Origin: Neodothiora populina
Lineage: Eukaryota
Length of the DNA stretch: 64,000 nucleotides
Assembly (NCBI RefSeq): GCF_041146345.1
Contig: NW_027191409.1
Span: forward strand, 248,001-312,000
Reading direction: 5' to 3'
The translations under genes and the position numbers were made by a program. The notes below the pieces were generated by a model. The model searched no databases. It saw only the letters and a list, made by a program, of their open reading frames with translations, and was not told the DNA's origin. Shown here one piece after another: positions 49,764-64,000 of the stretch. Numbering within the stretch: the first letter of the stretch is position 1; every line of letters starts with the position of its first letter.

Positions 49764-50697
49764 TTGACTCTATGACATTATGCCGCACACGCACGGCAAT
49801 GCAGGAAAGACATAGTAACGAATATCATCGGACACAGGGCGTTCGGGTTATGGCGAATGGAGCGGGACTTTGGCGACTGATGCTTTTTTTTCGCGGTTTT
49901 TCGGTGCTTTTGTTGGACAATCTTTCATGTCTCCCCTCACTCTGGCGCGCGTACACAGCGGATACCCCTACAGTCTTCTACAGCATAATCGATCACATCC
50001 ATTGCGAATGTTTTAGCAGCAAGATAACCTTCTTTTGGTTTCATCAATACTATCGCTTCATATACTACTGCCATTCTCTCTTACCGTGATTCGCATATTG
50101 TTGAGGAAGAAGGCTTGCGCAAGGTACCTTCTATACTTACATGACATGAGGTAAATATACACCCCGCACCCCCGCACCCATGCGACAAAGTCAATATCAA
50201 TGTCATCATAAGTATCCGACCTCGCCCAATACTGTAATCGAACTGAGATCACAAGTGAAAAGGTTAAGGTAAATTAAGGTAATCCAACACCTGCACATGT
50301 CTTTCACTTAAGCCCGTAACTTAATCTTTTCCAGAGCGAAAAGACGGAAGTATGCCGTTGCACATCAAAACTCTCATCCGTGGGAGGGAAAGAGAGTTGC
50401 CTCGGCTTATGATGTTTTGGACTTGGAAAGTGTATGGTTATAAGAGATGACTCGTGGTGCTGTAACCTGGTCTGCTGTGTCTTATTTACTTCACTCGATA
50501 TCACTCCAGGATACTATACCACTTGATCAAACGACATCGTCTTGACTTTTGAGATACATGATAATCAATAGCAAAGCCACCTCGACTCTACCTGACCATT
50601 CATCCAACATCCAATATTCACCATCGACATAAAGGCTCCTAAGCATCAACCCAAATAGTGAGAAAGAAAAAGGCGCCAGATCATAGTGCGAGAAAAA

Positions 50698-51420
50698 ATG
50701 ACGACTGTCACGTCCTCAATTCACCCCTTCTCCCAAATCCCCTGGTGCGCAACCCTGCTATCTGCACCTAACACATTCATACTCCGCCACCTCCCAAGCC
50801 GAACCCCCAAGCCGCAGACAAATGAAGACTCTCTATTCTCCTCGACCCTCAAAAGCGAAACAACCATCCCAGCAGCTCTAGCGTTCTACACAAAGCACGC
50901 GAACGCCGACCCCTCGACAGTAACCAGCGGCGCGGGAAAGGAGTCCCGACTGCACTCTCGCCTCTCTCTTCTCTTCGCAGTAGGCAAAGACCTCGACGGC
51001 TGGCCGAATGTGCTGCACGGAGGGATCGTTGCGACCATCATCGATGAGAGTATGGGGACTTTACTCGTGCTTAATACCGGGCGTTATGGCTCTTCGTCTA
51101 CATCGAGTACCAGTGCTGACGGCCTGCCTGCGCCTGTCGGGGCGCATACTGCGCAGCTGAATATCAGGTACGTTAGACCTGTCGTGACGCCTGGGGTTTG
51201 TCTTGTTGTTGTCGAGGTCACGAAGCGGGAGGGAAGGAAGATATGGATTAGGGCTGGAGTGTGGCAGAGGGTTGGGAGGGATGGGGAGGTGGTAGGGTGG
51301 GATGAGGGGAAGGGAGGGGGTGTGGAAGGGATAGCAAAAGAGAAGGGGGGAGAGGGGGAGATGGTCGAGTGTGCGGTTGGTGAGGCGTTGTTTATTTCTG
51401 GTAGAGGGGTCAAGTTATAG
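50698..51420 (+). CDS. Hot-dog fold thioesterase (PaaI/THEM4-like)
   Basis: LDGWPNVLHGGIVATIIDESMG and TAQLNIRYVRPVVTPG. Confidence 0.88.
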   Translation: MTTVTSSIHPFSQIPWCATLLSAPNTFILRHLPSRTPKPQTNEDSLFSSTLKSETTIPAALAFYTKHANADPSTVTSGAGKESRLHSRLSLLFAVGKDLDGWPNVLHGGIVATIIDESMGTLLVLNTGRYGSSSTSSTSADGLPAPVGAHTAQLNIRYVRPVVTPGVCLVVVEVTKREGRKIWIRAGVWQRVGRDGEVVGWDEGKGGGVEGIAKEKGGEGEMVECAVGEALFISGRGVKL

Positions 51421-51906
51421 AATGAGGAATGATTCCAATTCGCTACACAAATAGAGAAGGATGGAGAAGACTGTTGGATCTGTTTGTTTCGTGGGCTTAG
51501 AGCATCATCCAATGGACTTCAGGGCATTGAAGGCCGTCTACTACTATATCCAACCTGATCACGCTCATCCTCTATGCGGTGGTTGGAAGACACCAAGACT
51601 ACTTTACACTACAAATGGCGATTGAGGGCTCTGATGAGCATTAGTGTGGAAAGACGATTCACCACAAATCTCTCACAGTGTAAAAGGGTGCGCTCGAAAG
51701 CTTCATTTTATGATGTCGTATTAGTACTGGTCATATCGTGAAAGGTTCCTCTAGGCTATTCCATTCATCTCATCCAGCGACGGTTCCGAGCATCGGTACC
51801 ATGAGATCATTGGGATCATATGACACAAAACCGGTCGGTAATCTTCCCATGATCTTCCCACAGCCCGGTGGATATGAACATCAAATATACTCCAAGGGCA
51901 AATACC

Positions 51907-53775
51907 TTACTGGACTCCAATTTGCGGTTTCTTGTCAACAGATCGTCTGTCATTATAAGGACCATCATATGCAAACTCATCACCATCATTTAGCCCTTTG
52001 ACGGCGTCCGTATCGGTGTGAGTGATCTGCTCCAGACTCAGTCCACGAGTCTCCGTTAGGAAGAACCACACTCCTATTGCAATAACGAGGTCGAAAAGTC
52101 CCCAAAGGAGGAACGTGCCCCACTTTATGTTTTTGATCATGTATCTGGAGTGATTAACTAATGTCAGTAGAGGTACATCGAGAGCCAAGATTGTTCTGGC
52201 GGTAGGAACTGGTCAAACTTACGGGGTACTGATGCTGAAGACAAAGTTCCACAACCATTGGGATGCAACGCCAATTCCAATGCCAGACTCGCGGATGCGA
52301 GTCGGGAATATCTCGGAGACGTATGGCCAGGGTAGTGGGCCCCAGGAGAAGTTATAAGCAATAACAAACAGATAGATCAATGCGATTGTGGCAATGCCTG
52401 ATGGCGTTACTGTCCCGTCTCCCGGCGCTGGATGAGTCTTGACGACTGCGGCGGTAGAGATCTGACATGCAGCCATGAAAGCAGCACCTCCGATGAGAAT
52501 AGCTTTGCGTGGCACACGCTCGGCGACGAACAGCACGAAAGTGAGGCATGCAGCTACTTTGACTGCGCCGAAAATTGCAGTGAGCAAAAGATCAGAGTTA
52601 CCTTTGTTTCCGACAAGGAGCTTGAAGTACTGAGGACCATAATATGCGAAGGCCGTTGCACCGGTTGCCTGCTGGGCAGTGAATACTGCAAAGGCAGTGC
52701 ACGTACGCTTGAAGTTGTCGGGCACGGTGACCATCTCTGTCCACAGACGTGAGTATCATGTTGTAAGCGAGGGGAGCGTGTGGCATACCTTTCAATCGGA
52801 AACCTTCTTTGGCGGCCATTTCTTGTTGCACACCGTAGCGAATTTCTTCCATCTCCAGCTGTGCTTCGGGTCCGTCACTGTCCCGAATCCACTTTAAGCT
52901 TTCCCAAGCCTGCTCATGTCTACCTTTGGCTGTGAGCCAGCGGACGGATTCCTTGAGGGTGAACATGCCCAGTCCTAGCATAGCGGCAGGCAAAATCTGC
53001 AATCCGATAGAGATCTGCCATTGCTTGGTATTTGGAGTGTCAAAGTCTTGAGCGACTCCGTAGTCTACCCAATAGCTAGTGAAGATACCTTTGGCAAAAG
53101 GTCAGCATAAATAATGCCTGAGTGATTCATGAGACTCGTACCGAAAGTGTAGAAGAGTTGATAGAAGCTTCCGATCTGTCCGCGTAACTCCTTTGGAGAC
53201 ATCTCACTGGAGAACATCGGAACGACAACACTGCTGCCACCAAGGCCTAGACCAGAAATGACCCTGGCAACCAGGAAGGCTGCGAACGAGTGAGTATTAA
53301 TCGTCTGGATGATGGCGCCAATACAAAAGACCGAGGAGCATATTATGATGGCAAGTTTGCGTCCAAGCTTGTGAGTAATTGGCCATACCACAAAACAAGC
53401 GACGAATGCGCCTAGTTGTTGCAGGGAATTGGCCAGGGAGGTATTCCTGGTAGCTTCCTTGGCTCCATATCCAAAATCACGTTCGAAGCTTTTTAGTGTA
53501 AGAACACCACCTGTATAAAGTCAATAAGCTTTCGCCATCCAAGATTTCCCACTCAATCTCAACGACATACCGACGATGCCACTGTCATAGCCAAATAAAA
53601 ATCCGCCCATGCAAACGACACAGCCAAGCCAGTAGGCCCTAAACCTTCCCAGACGGGACATCATTGTGGCCGATTTTGATAGCGAATAGTCACTCTCCTG
53701 GTCTTCGTCGAGAGAGGCTCTGGGACCAAGTAAGGCAGTGGCGGGGCTGCTAGTAAAATAGGACTCACTATCCAT
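51907..53775 (-). CDS. MFS sugar porter (quinate-permease-like), about 5 exons
   Basis: GGFLFGYDSG, LGRK, SEMSPKELRG, WQISIGLQILPA, ESVRWL, QQATG, YNFSWGPLPWPYVSEIFPTRIR and TETRGLSLE. Confidence 0.93.
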
Positions 53776-54254
53776 TCTGAAGAGGAATGAAAGCGCCGGT
53801 GAATAATACTACCTCCTCACGTGTGAGCATGAGGAATCTCGACCCCAATCGTTGCCGTTGCTTTCACATTGGTCGCCCAGGATGATTGAATCCGAGCCGC
53901 AGTAGCATTGTGAGGTAAGATCCCAAAACAATCGGTCGCGGGGTGTCGCGTACGGATGTCGCTAGGTGAAGTATATCATAATGAATAGCTACGAGGAATG
54001 CTATTGGCTGTGAGGAATGCAGATCACTTCCATTGCACGATGTCGTGATCTTAATTTAATGCTTTCGTGGCTTGAGACAAAGAGAAGTTGTTTTACTTCC
54101 CGTCCTGAAGGGTTCATTAGGCAATAGACGGAGGTCCGTCCGTGTGACAGAAAACGTATAAGTAGGATTAAAGGGGAACTATTCGCACACCTTATGCCCT
54201 TTCCTTGAGGTTCACATTAACGGATTACAGACAATAGACTTTGGGGGTCGGTGT

Positions 54255-54267
54255 GCGGGGTGCGGGG
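54255..54267. promoter_or_regulatory. Tandem CreA/Mig1-type SYGGRG sites in the transporter-sulfatase intergenic region
   Basis: GCGGGGtGCGGGG, with another GCGGGG at 53938-53943. Short motif, so it may be chance. Confidence 0.35.
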
Positions 54268-54838
54268 ATCAACATGACTCGTGTAGACGTTATCTCCCTT
54301 CTTTGGGCCCCATATTGCTGGCTGCACCAATGTTGGCTCGACATGAAACATGCAGACCAGGTAGGATGCCTCCTAAATGACACCACGCCGTCGATCGCGT
54401 CTATTGCAATCCTTTGCTAGGATGTTATTGGAGAAAATCATCTGACCGTACCATACCACCTGCATGACAAACTGTAGATTCGCCAAATGGTGATACAAAA
54501 AGGATCATACAGTATGTCATATGAACGCGCGTAAGCGTGCACTATAATCGACGTGGACGTGAAGCTGGGGCGCCCGGACGAGCACTTGTAGCCAGGTGCT
54601 GTGGTGCGTACCTTATACTTGTAGATACCACACAAATGGTCGAGGCACGTGTCGTAAGGAACACCACTTTATGTTTGTCATTGCTAGTCTAGCATACCTG
54701 AGTCGGAGGAGCTGTGGTGATAGTCCTGCTTGACATCGGAGATACAGAATTTCAGGCCTGGTGAATATTGGCTAAGTGGACTTGAGGTGGTCTGATCAGA
54801 GCGCTTTCTGAACATCAGAACCCTGACCATAAGCATGA

Positions 54839-57143
<2,305 letters not shown>

Positions 57144-58312
57144 ATAGAGAAGGGCTTTGCCAAGTCAAGTAGACATATCACTACACATGATGCATTCAAC
57201 CTCAATTCGATGTACCGTAGTGAAAAGACTCCTGATAGGTCATGTGACCCGCGGCGAATTTGCTGTGTTGCGACTGGAGGCACCTTTAGCCATACCAATA
57301 TAAGCACATTATCCTCAGCTCCACGATGGATCATTTAGATCGAACATGAAACGGCCGACAATCGATGATCTCAGGACACAGAATGTGATTGACCTGTGAT
57401 GCAGCATGTATCAAAATGTCAAAAAAAGCCTGCATCTTCCACGAGGAAAGCGGACGGCATTGCCATGAGTTGCAGCAGCAGCAACGGATGAAATACCTCT
57501 TTTACCAAGATAATCAGTGTCTAATCAGGGCGTGACAAGAACAATAGTTGAGCCTTAGGCATGAGCAACATGGCCGAAGGAGGGATTGACTTGCTGGTGG
57601 ATAAATTCGTGAATTGAGCACCAATACTGCACGTAGACGAAACTGTTTCATAGACCCACGGATGAGCTAAACCACACGTTCTTCAGTCGGAGGCAGACTC
57701 ATGTACTGGAGTGCGAGATTCTAATATGGATGTTCGATAAGGTGGCTAATTCTGTAATGATGCAATGCCTGCCTGCTTGACTGTTTGCCTGCGTGTCTGT
57801 TTCGATGACGAAGAGAATGGAAAACCTGACTGTGACAAGAAAGAAAGGAGCCATGGTACGTTAGAAGTAGAAAGCAAATTGGAATTGGAAAGAAAGAAGA
57901 AAAAGTATTTTGGGATCAACAAGACGCATGCCACGCTTTCCCGTGAATAAGACGCGCCTCCCGTGCACAGATCCAGCGAGCAAAATCTCGTTTGCGGCAG
58001 GAGATCCAAAACAAATAACAACAGAGCCCAAGAGCAGACCCCGCAGGGTACAGGATCGGAGACAATGAGTGAGTCTCGTATCGCCCATGTTGTGCAGTTG
58101 TTTGTGTGGCTGCAACGCTATTATTCGCCAACCACGACCGGCGACCGGCGCAACCTCTTGTCTCGGTTGATTCTCAAAAGCGCCCTAAACGCCTCCCCAC
58201 TCCAGCCATGTGTAGTTACACCACCCAGTCACCCCCACAGTATGCGTGCTGATTCACCCAATATATGGCCGGACTCCTCGCTCTTGTAACGTACATACTA
58301 CACCCTGTCTCT

Positions 58313-59946
58313 CTAGATCTCGACTGTCTTCATTTCCCCATCAGCAGCACCACCCTCAGCGTGCTTTTCATCGTCCAGCAACTTGATCTTGTTGGCTTCG
58401 GCGTCGATGGCGTCTTCTACGGAGGTTTTGGGAAGGGGAGAGTCGAGAGACATGAGGTTTTCGGCTTTGTCATCGGGCTTCAGGTTCTCGGTCTGCAGGG
58501 CTGGGATCGGAGTGGCGGCCTCTTCGGTTACTCTAGCGAGAGGAGAACTTACGTGACCTCTCGGAGAACTCGTGGCGGGAGCCTTGCCATTGAATCGCTG
58601 TGGGCTACGACCTCTTTCGTCGCTGTTTCTGGTTGCTGTGGTCGGGGATGCATATGGCGAAAAGCCGTTCAGGCTACCATACTCATTCGGGACTTTACTA
58701 GTCCTAATGCTTTTCGGTCTGGGTGCCTGCTTCGTGACTTTTCGGCCATACTTTTGATCACAACGCCAGCGTAGAATGTCCATGTAACTTGGCTCAACAT
58801 TCTGGTTCTTGAATTCCCTGAGCTTGAGCTCTGCTGTATCCTCTTCGATGTACCACTTATCAGTGCTCATATCATCAGCGACAGTAGCGAGGAAGGCTGC
58901 CCAAGAGCGTGAGATGACGTATTTGCAATCATAGTCGCGGCCCATGAGAATGACCTGACCCCACTTGCCGGCAGGGCCTGGAGCAAGATCAACGCAGATG
59001 TTGTTGCCACCCCAGTCGCGAGCCATAGGGATCCATGCTGGGTGGACGTAGGCTTTTTGCACGGCGTTTGGCGGTTGTGAGTCTTGCTTGTTTATGAGTT
59101 CTTGACGCCAGTTCGCGCCAGGGCCAGGTTGCTGAGCGGGCGGTGGTGCCGAGGACGAAGCGCCCGCGAAGGCCTTGACGGGCGCCTGTGGAGGTACGTA
59201 AGCGCCGGCAGAACGGAGGTATTCATCGTTGATGCGAGCCCATTGCCGCCATTCCTGAACGATTTCCTCGCAATCAAGCAACATGCAACCGAAGATGACA
59301 CCGGTAGGACGACCACCACGCTCCTGGCCATCATGGATCATGAGACTCTCGCGAACCTCCATGGGTAGAGTGCAATCCAGCTCGTGCTCAAGCTCGTTGA
59401 CATCGTTCTGGGTACAGCCTTCGCAGAGGTTCTCTCCGACTTCTTCGTAGTTGGCTTCGCACCAGCCTTCGATGCGCCTCCACGAATGGCTGACGGGTGG
59501 CGGAGGAGGAAGGCCTTCGCTGAAGCTCTGCATCTGGATCTCACCATTCGCCATTGTGTCGATGGTGCCTGAGCTGGACTGCCTCTGCATCGTAGAGCGG
59601 GCACCGGGCGCGTAGGGTGAGGTGGGAGACATGGCGCCATTGGAGGCAGGCATAAAGCCTTGTGCGTCGTCATTCGAGTATGAGGTATTGAGGTCTACAC
59701 TTGAATCGGCGGCAGTTGTGACTGATGTCAGAGGAGCGTGGCGGCTCTGTGAGAGAGGAGTGTGGGCTCCGGTGCGGTAGGGTTGATCAGGAGATGCATG
59801 GCGGTCATTAGAGGTCATGGTATGCCAAAAGGAACGCCATGCTCCGGTAAGGCTGTCATGGGACAGTGTAGATTAGTCGGTGCTCTCCATTTTGTGGTTG
59901 CTACTTTCAAGACTTGGGGTTTATTGCATGATACTTACTTGGCCAT
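58313..59946 (-). CDS. SMI1: Knr4/Smi1 cell-wall (glucan) synthesis regulator; 8-nt first coding exon
   Basis: ATG GCC AA|GTAAGT intron gives MANLTGAWRSFWHTMTSNDRHAS. Then SLMIHDGQERGG, HPAWIPMARDWGGNNICVDLAPG and WGQVILMGRD. Confidence 0.93.
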
Positions 59947-61930
59947 ACCAGGCGGAAGATGAGGTGTCTAAAACTGCTTGCGCGTTTTGTGTCTTGGCCT
60001 GACAGATACTTTCGCGCAGATAGGCAGTGTTAGGAGGAGAATTGTAAAAGGGTGGGAAATGACAATTCTCGGTGTGGTATTTGTTCGCCGGTGTGGCAGA
60101 GGCGATTATGTTCTTAGAAGGAGAAGGAAGTAATGTGGATAGATGATGATGATGAATGTAGAAGGTGGGACAAGTCAAAGTGCACAACAACGACGTGAAA
60201 GCGTCAAAAGGGGAAGGGTGCAAGTTGCGGCGACCGACACACAACCCTTCTCTGTACCGAGAGCCCTTTCCGTCTAAGAACCACAGGGCAGGGACTCAAT
60301 TCAGCACCCAGATCTCTAGTCTTTGCTCTGTGCAATTTGTTTTTGTTTTCGCTTGGATCATGTGTGATTATGGCACTCCACTGTCTTCTACTGCAGGCCA
60401 ACTTTGTCGAGTTCTGCACTGCCGCTTTGCTTCTGCAAGATTGTGTTTGGCTTGATTTTGACTTTCGGTCACTGGTCAACACCTCAATCCAAGGCAGGGT
60501 CTGCATGCAAGACGCAACGTGAACCAAAAGCCAGTCAACCCGCTCCTAGACCTAGTACAGTAGTACACACGCACACACCACACACGTATATCTATCGCGC
60601 TTTATCACAGGCTTGCTTTTGAACCTCGCAACACCTGTTCGCTTACATGCGTATGCGACTCTGCTATCTACATTCCGTGCAGCTACAACACATGGGGAGC
60701 CAATGTCATTCGATACGTCTTCGGCTTAGTGCAGCCCTTGGCGTCCATGTCGCAGGTGACAAAGTACAACCTTCATCAGTTTGCATTTTGAAACCCGCAA
60801 ACATCAGGTACTGGACCTTTAGGCCATCGAGACCAGAGACAAGCGCAGCAAAGCGTGGAGACCCGCTACAATGCCGCAAACGCTTCCGCCTTCTCTTGGC
60901 TTTCGCCCGTTGCCTCTAGAGTCGCACACTGAACCCGGCCTCGAGCCCGGCATTCAGTGCCTCTTTCCTCACTTCTGAGGCCAAATCCTGCATCTGCCCT
61001 GTTCTCCTACCGCCTGAACCCTGCGCGCGCTAGTGTGGTTGGAGTAGTGCATGATCCCATATCCTTTTACAAAGGAATTATCGTCTATCTTCACTCACCG
61101 AGCCATAGTCTTGTCTTCTTGATACAGGGGATCTTTAGTGTTTGTACATGGGTAGCTTGCACTGGTGATGACACATCTTACGACGCAGACTTATAAGGTA
61201 TCGTACAGAGTCACGTACAGTATAAGGTAGTGCAGGATCTGTACAAGTACCTTGCCTTGCCCGTTTTGACATGAGGAAGCTGTTTTGCTTGACTTGAAAT
61301 ATGTATATCTAGACAGGGTACCCGTTGTGCCTTACAATCATGATGATTGTATCGCTGTCCAAAATGTACTATACCAGTACATGGCACATGGTGGTACTTC
61401 GTATCTCCAAATCACCTCAAAGGAATCTTACCTGACCTGTGACGCGGTCTTTTCAAAGTACTTGACGGATCCGCAAGTCGTCTCTTGGCCTAGACTCGGA
61501 AACCAATAATACAACATCAAGCTGAGCACAGTCTGTACAATGTAGTTCTGACATTGCAATCAGGTTCGCCTTCGCTCATCGGGTATTGCCAAAGACGTTC
61601 GATAAAAGTCTGCCCCTGCCTCTGGGTGCTTGCACATCCTGCTCTGACACTTTGACACTATAATCTAGTGGAGTTGGGAGAATGGTATACAACAATTCCA
61701 TCATCCGCATTGACGCATGATGTCCATACCGACGACCACAGTGTACTTCCGTCGAGCATGCGAACGTTAGCCCTCCTGGACACCCTCCAAGAAATGCAAG
61801 ATGAATGCTATGAAGCTTGAGAGTGGAGGTCGTAATTCAACTCGAACGACCGCCGAAAATACAGGTAGTTGCGGCATCACACTATCCTTATCTCGACAGG
61901 TTCCTCGAAGATAGGTACGAGTGTGGCTAC

Positions 61931-62433
61931 CTAGAATATTTTTATGAGCAAGGCCCTTAGGAAACCTTCTCTTTTTGCCTCGTTCTTCGGGAAAATCTTG
62001 TGCTCATCCTTTGAGTACCGGCGCAGAGCAGTTTTCGAGACAAACAGCCTGACTTGTGTATTGGTTCGACGGGCATCCAGGAGATCGATAATGTTCACAT
62101 TGACCTCGTTTAATTCCTATAGCTAGACATAAGATGGAGGTCCTGACATTGTTTCGTCAGGACTCTTGCCTTCTTGCATTGCGTGATCGATTTTGGGACA
62201 GGTCGTATGCTGACTTCGCGACACAGGTTTTGCCAGCGCTCTAGCTTGGTGAATTCAACACCATAGTGATGCTGGAACTCTAGATTTAGACAAGCATTTC
62301 GCCTTTTATGACATGCCTTCGAGTTCAACTTCCAACCTCTTTGTCGACCTAGTCTTTCAAACTCCTCGAGTATAGGGGCATTGGCATTATGTATGAAATC
62401 TGGAAATTGGCTAAAATAGCTGCTGGCGGTCAT
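61931..62433 (-). CDS. Conserved fungal hypothetical protein (about 149 aa) with a GC-AG intron at 62117-62169
   Basis: YFSQFPDF..NANAPILEEFERL..RGW...LERWQNLCREV....PKSITQCKK|ELNEVNVNIIDLLD...IFPKNEAK...FLRALL. I recognise this pattern from widespread uncharacterised fungal proteins. Confidence 0.75.
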
Positions 62434-63197
62434 ATTTCAGGAGGGGTCGGGAAACATGATGATACCTGGCTTTGGGGGAGTTTCACGACTTATTTGATTC
62501 ATTTGCAGGTACTCAAGATTATCTGGTCAGCAGAATTTGTTGGGTCTTCATGCATCGTTCTGGCTTGTTGACTGATAAGGACCTGTTTTGATGCCGTGGC
62601 TCGCATAACTACCTAGATCTACGAAGGCTTGTACACCGAACATTCGACGCACATCTCACCTGTCTCAATGTAAAGAATATCGGCGGCTAATTGTTAGTGT
62701 CTCGCTACCAGCGCGGTGTCAACCATAGGGTGTATCCTCCCTTGAGAGTCTGTCAGGCGAGTCCGGATGTGTTTGATTATCTGATTATGCACCAATGACG
62801 CAGCGGATATTACGTGGCTCCAGCAAACGCATATCCCAGCCTGAATAGGTTGCTACCTAGAACTGATAGAGCTGAGCCACGACTGGCTGGTGATCAAATT
62901 GGTCCAACAAGTAGGGTAGTCAATCTGTCAACCTTACAAATCACTGAGCTCGTGTCTCCTTCGAAACTCTATGTCCCACCTTTGATTAGCACAGATTTTG
63001 ATACCTGACTAATTGGTTGATAGAACACCATCCTCCTGGCAAGAATATCGTGGCCTCGACATTGCTACAAGGATTCTTCTGGGACATGATATGTCTCTGT
63101 ATTGTTCCTCGCTATCTCCTAAACCCATAGAAAAACCCTGGGACGAGGTTCGATAGGATTAGCTAGTCAAGTTACAACTGTTGTTCAGGTGGTTCAT

Positions 63198-64000
63198 TCA
63201 AGACGAACTTTTCGCCACAGTCTCCTTCCTGCGCCCCGACAACATCCTCTGGATTCCGATAGGTGCTTTACTCTGCTTCTGAAATTCCTCCGCAACACGT
63301 GTCAATTGTGACTTTACAAGAACAATCCGAGGGAAAACGGGTTTCTCTGAATCTGTCTCAACTTTGATGATTCCTGGGAACAGGGAAAGCACTACTGCTT
63401 TGTCGGAATCTTCTGTTTCAATTGCTCGCATGTCATCGGTATTGCGCAACTCCGCTGACGCAGAGGAACCAAAAGCTGTCCATATCTTTGACTCGGCCGC
63501 GGGAGATCCAGCTTCAAACATAACAGCACTTCTTTGCACTTCTCGCCAGAGTTCCACGACGTTGCCTGTGAGTAATTTTATGTCGGTCATGTACTCCTTC
63601 CACTTATCTTGCACTATGAGCAGGTGCGCGAACGCGTGAAATTCCTTTTCGGCAGTCATTTGCGCTGCAAGCCCTTGTTTATCTTGACTATCAGGGGCGC
63701 TGAATCGTAGCAGCAATGCACGGCAGAGTGATGCAGCTTTGTCGTCTTCGAAGGCTTGATCAACAAGCAATTTAGAAAGGTTAGTATTCCCTCCGATAAC
63801 GTAAGTTGACAATAGAATATGCTTAGAGAGCAATTTACTCAGGATAGCGAGAGCGATAGCCATTCTCATATCCTTCGCGGCATCAGAGTTTGAGGCCGGA
63901 ACAGGGGGGATGGGGTCGTCTATGTGCTTTTGTGCTTCAGCAACCCAATCACTCTGTTTCTGAGTCATGTCAGCTTCATTGACCATACTCTTGCTTTGAA
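63198..64000 (-). CDS. Hypothetical protein, 3' part (frame open to the window edge)
   Basis: At least 262 codons, including PIPPVPASNSDAAKDMR and LFPGI. No stop between 63986 and 64000. Confidence 0.65.
   Translation of the reverse strand, partial: QSKSMVNEADMTQKQSDWVAEAQKHIDDPIPPVPASNSDAAKDMRMAIALAILSKLLSKHILLSTYVIGGNTNLSKLLVDQAFEDDKAASLCRALLLRFSAPDSQDKQGLAAQMTAEKEFHAFAHLLIVQDKWKEYMTDIKLLTGNVVELWREVQRSAVMFEAGSPAAESKIWTAFGSSASAELRNTDDMRAIETEDSDKAVVLSLFPGIIKVETDSEKPVFPRIVLVKSQLTRVAEEFQKQSKAPIGIQRMLSGRRKETVAKSSS

Noticed and set aside
51631..51652. CTGATGAG...GAAA hammerhead-like core
   Set aside because: No G-C closing pair for stem II, and stem I cannot be formed.
58313..59946. SUKH/Smi1 domain as a toxin-immunity system
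   Set aside because: Full-length housekeeping Knr4 orthologue with no adjacent toxin-like gene.

Overview
Eukaryotic, intron-containing DNA from a filamentous ascomycete. Short GT-AG introns with CTRAC branch points and the gene content suggest Pezizomycotina, probably Dothideomycetes (inference). The window is gene-dense, with no recognisable transposon, rRNA, tRNA or CRISPR array. About 24 protein genes, in order: GH78 rhamnosidase (partial), CWC2, an HSL-family alpha/beta hydrolase, NOP2, three uncharacterised tandem Myb/SANT-like genes (one absent from the ORF track, two only partly captured), HSP60, cofilin, ALE1, a low-complexity orphan, S41 peptidase, GET5, CWC27 (1-nt frameshift), S1/P1 nuclease, derlin, CenH3, SNT1, deoxyhypusine synthase, a MATH/pseudo-USP/MORN/RING protein, a thioesterase, an MFS sugar porter divergent from an arylsulfatase, KNR4/SMI1 and two hypotheticals. 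The best candidate for an undescribed system is the co-oriented triad of divergent Myb/SANT-like (one with an AT-hook) genes between NOP2 and HSP60. Secondary candidates are the pseudo-deubiquitinase/RING fusion, the transporter-sulfatase pair and a structured ~115-bp tandem duplication. All family calls come from motif recognition by eye; no database was searched.
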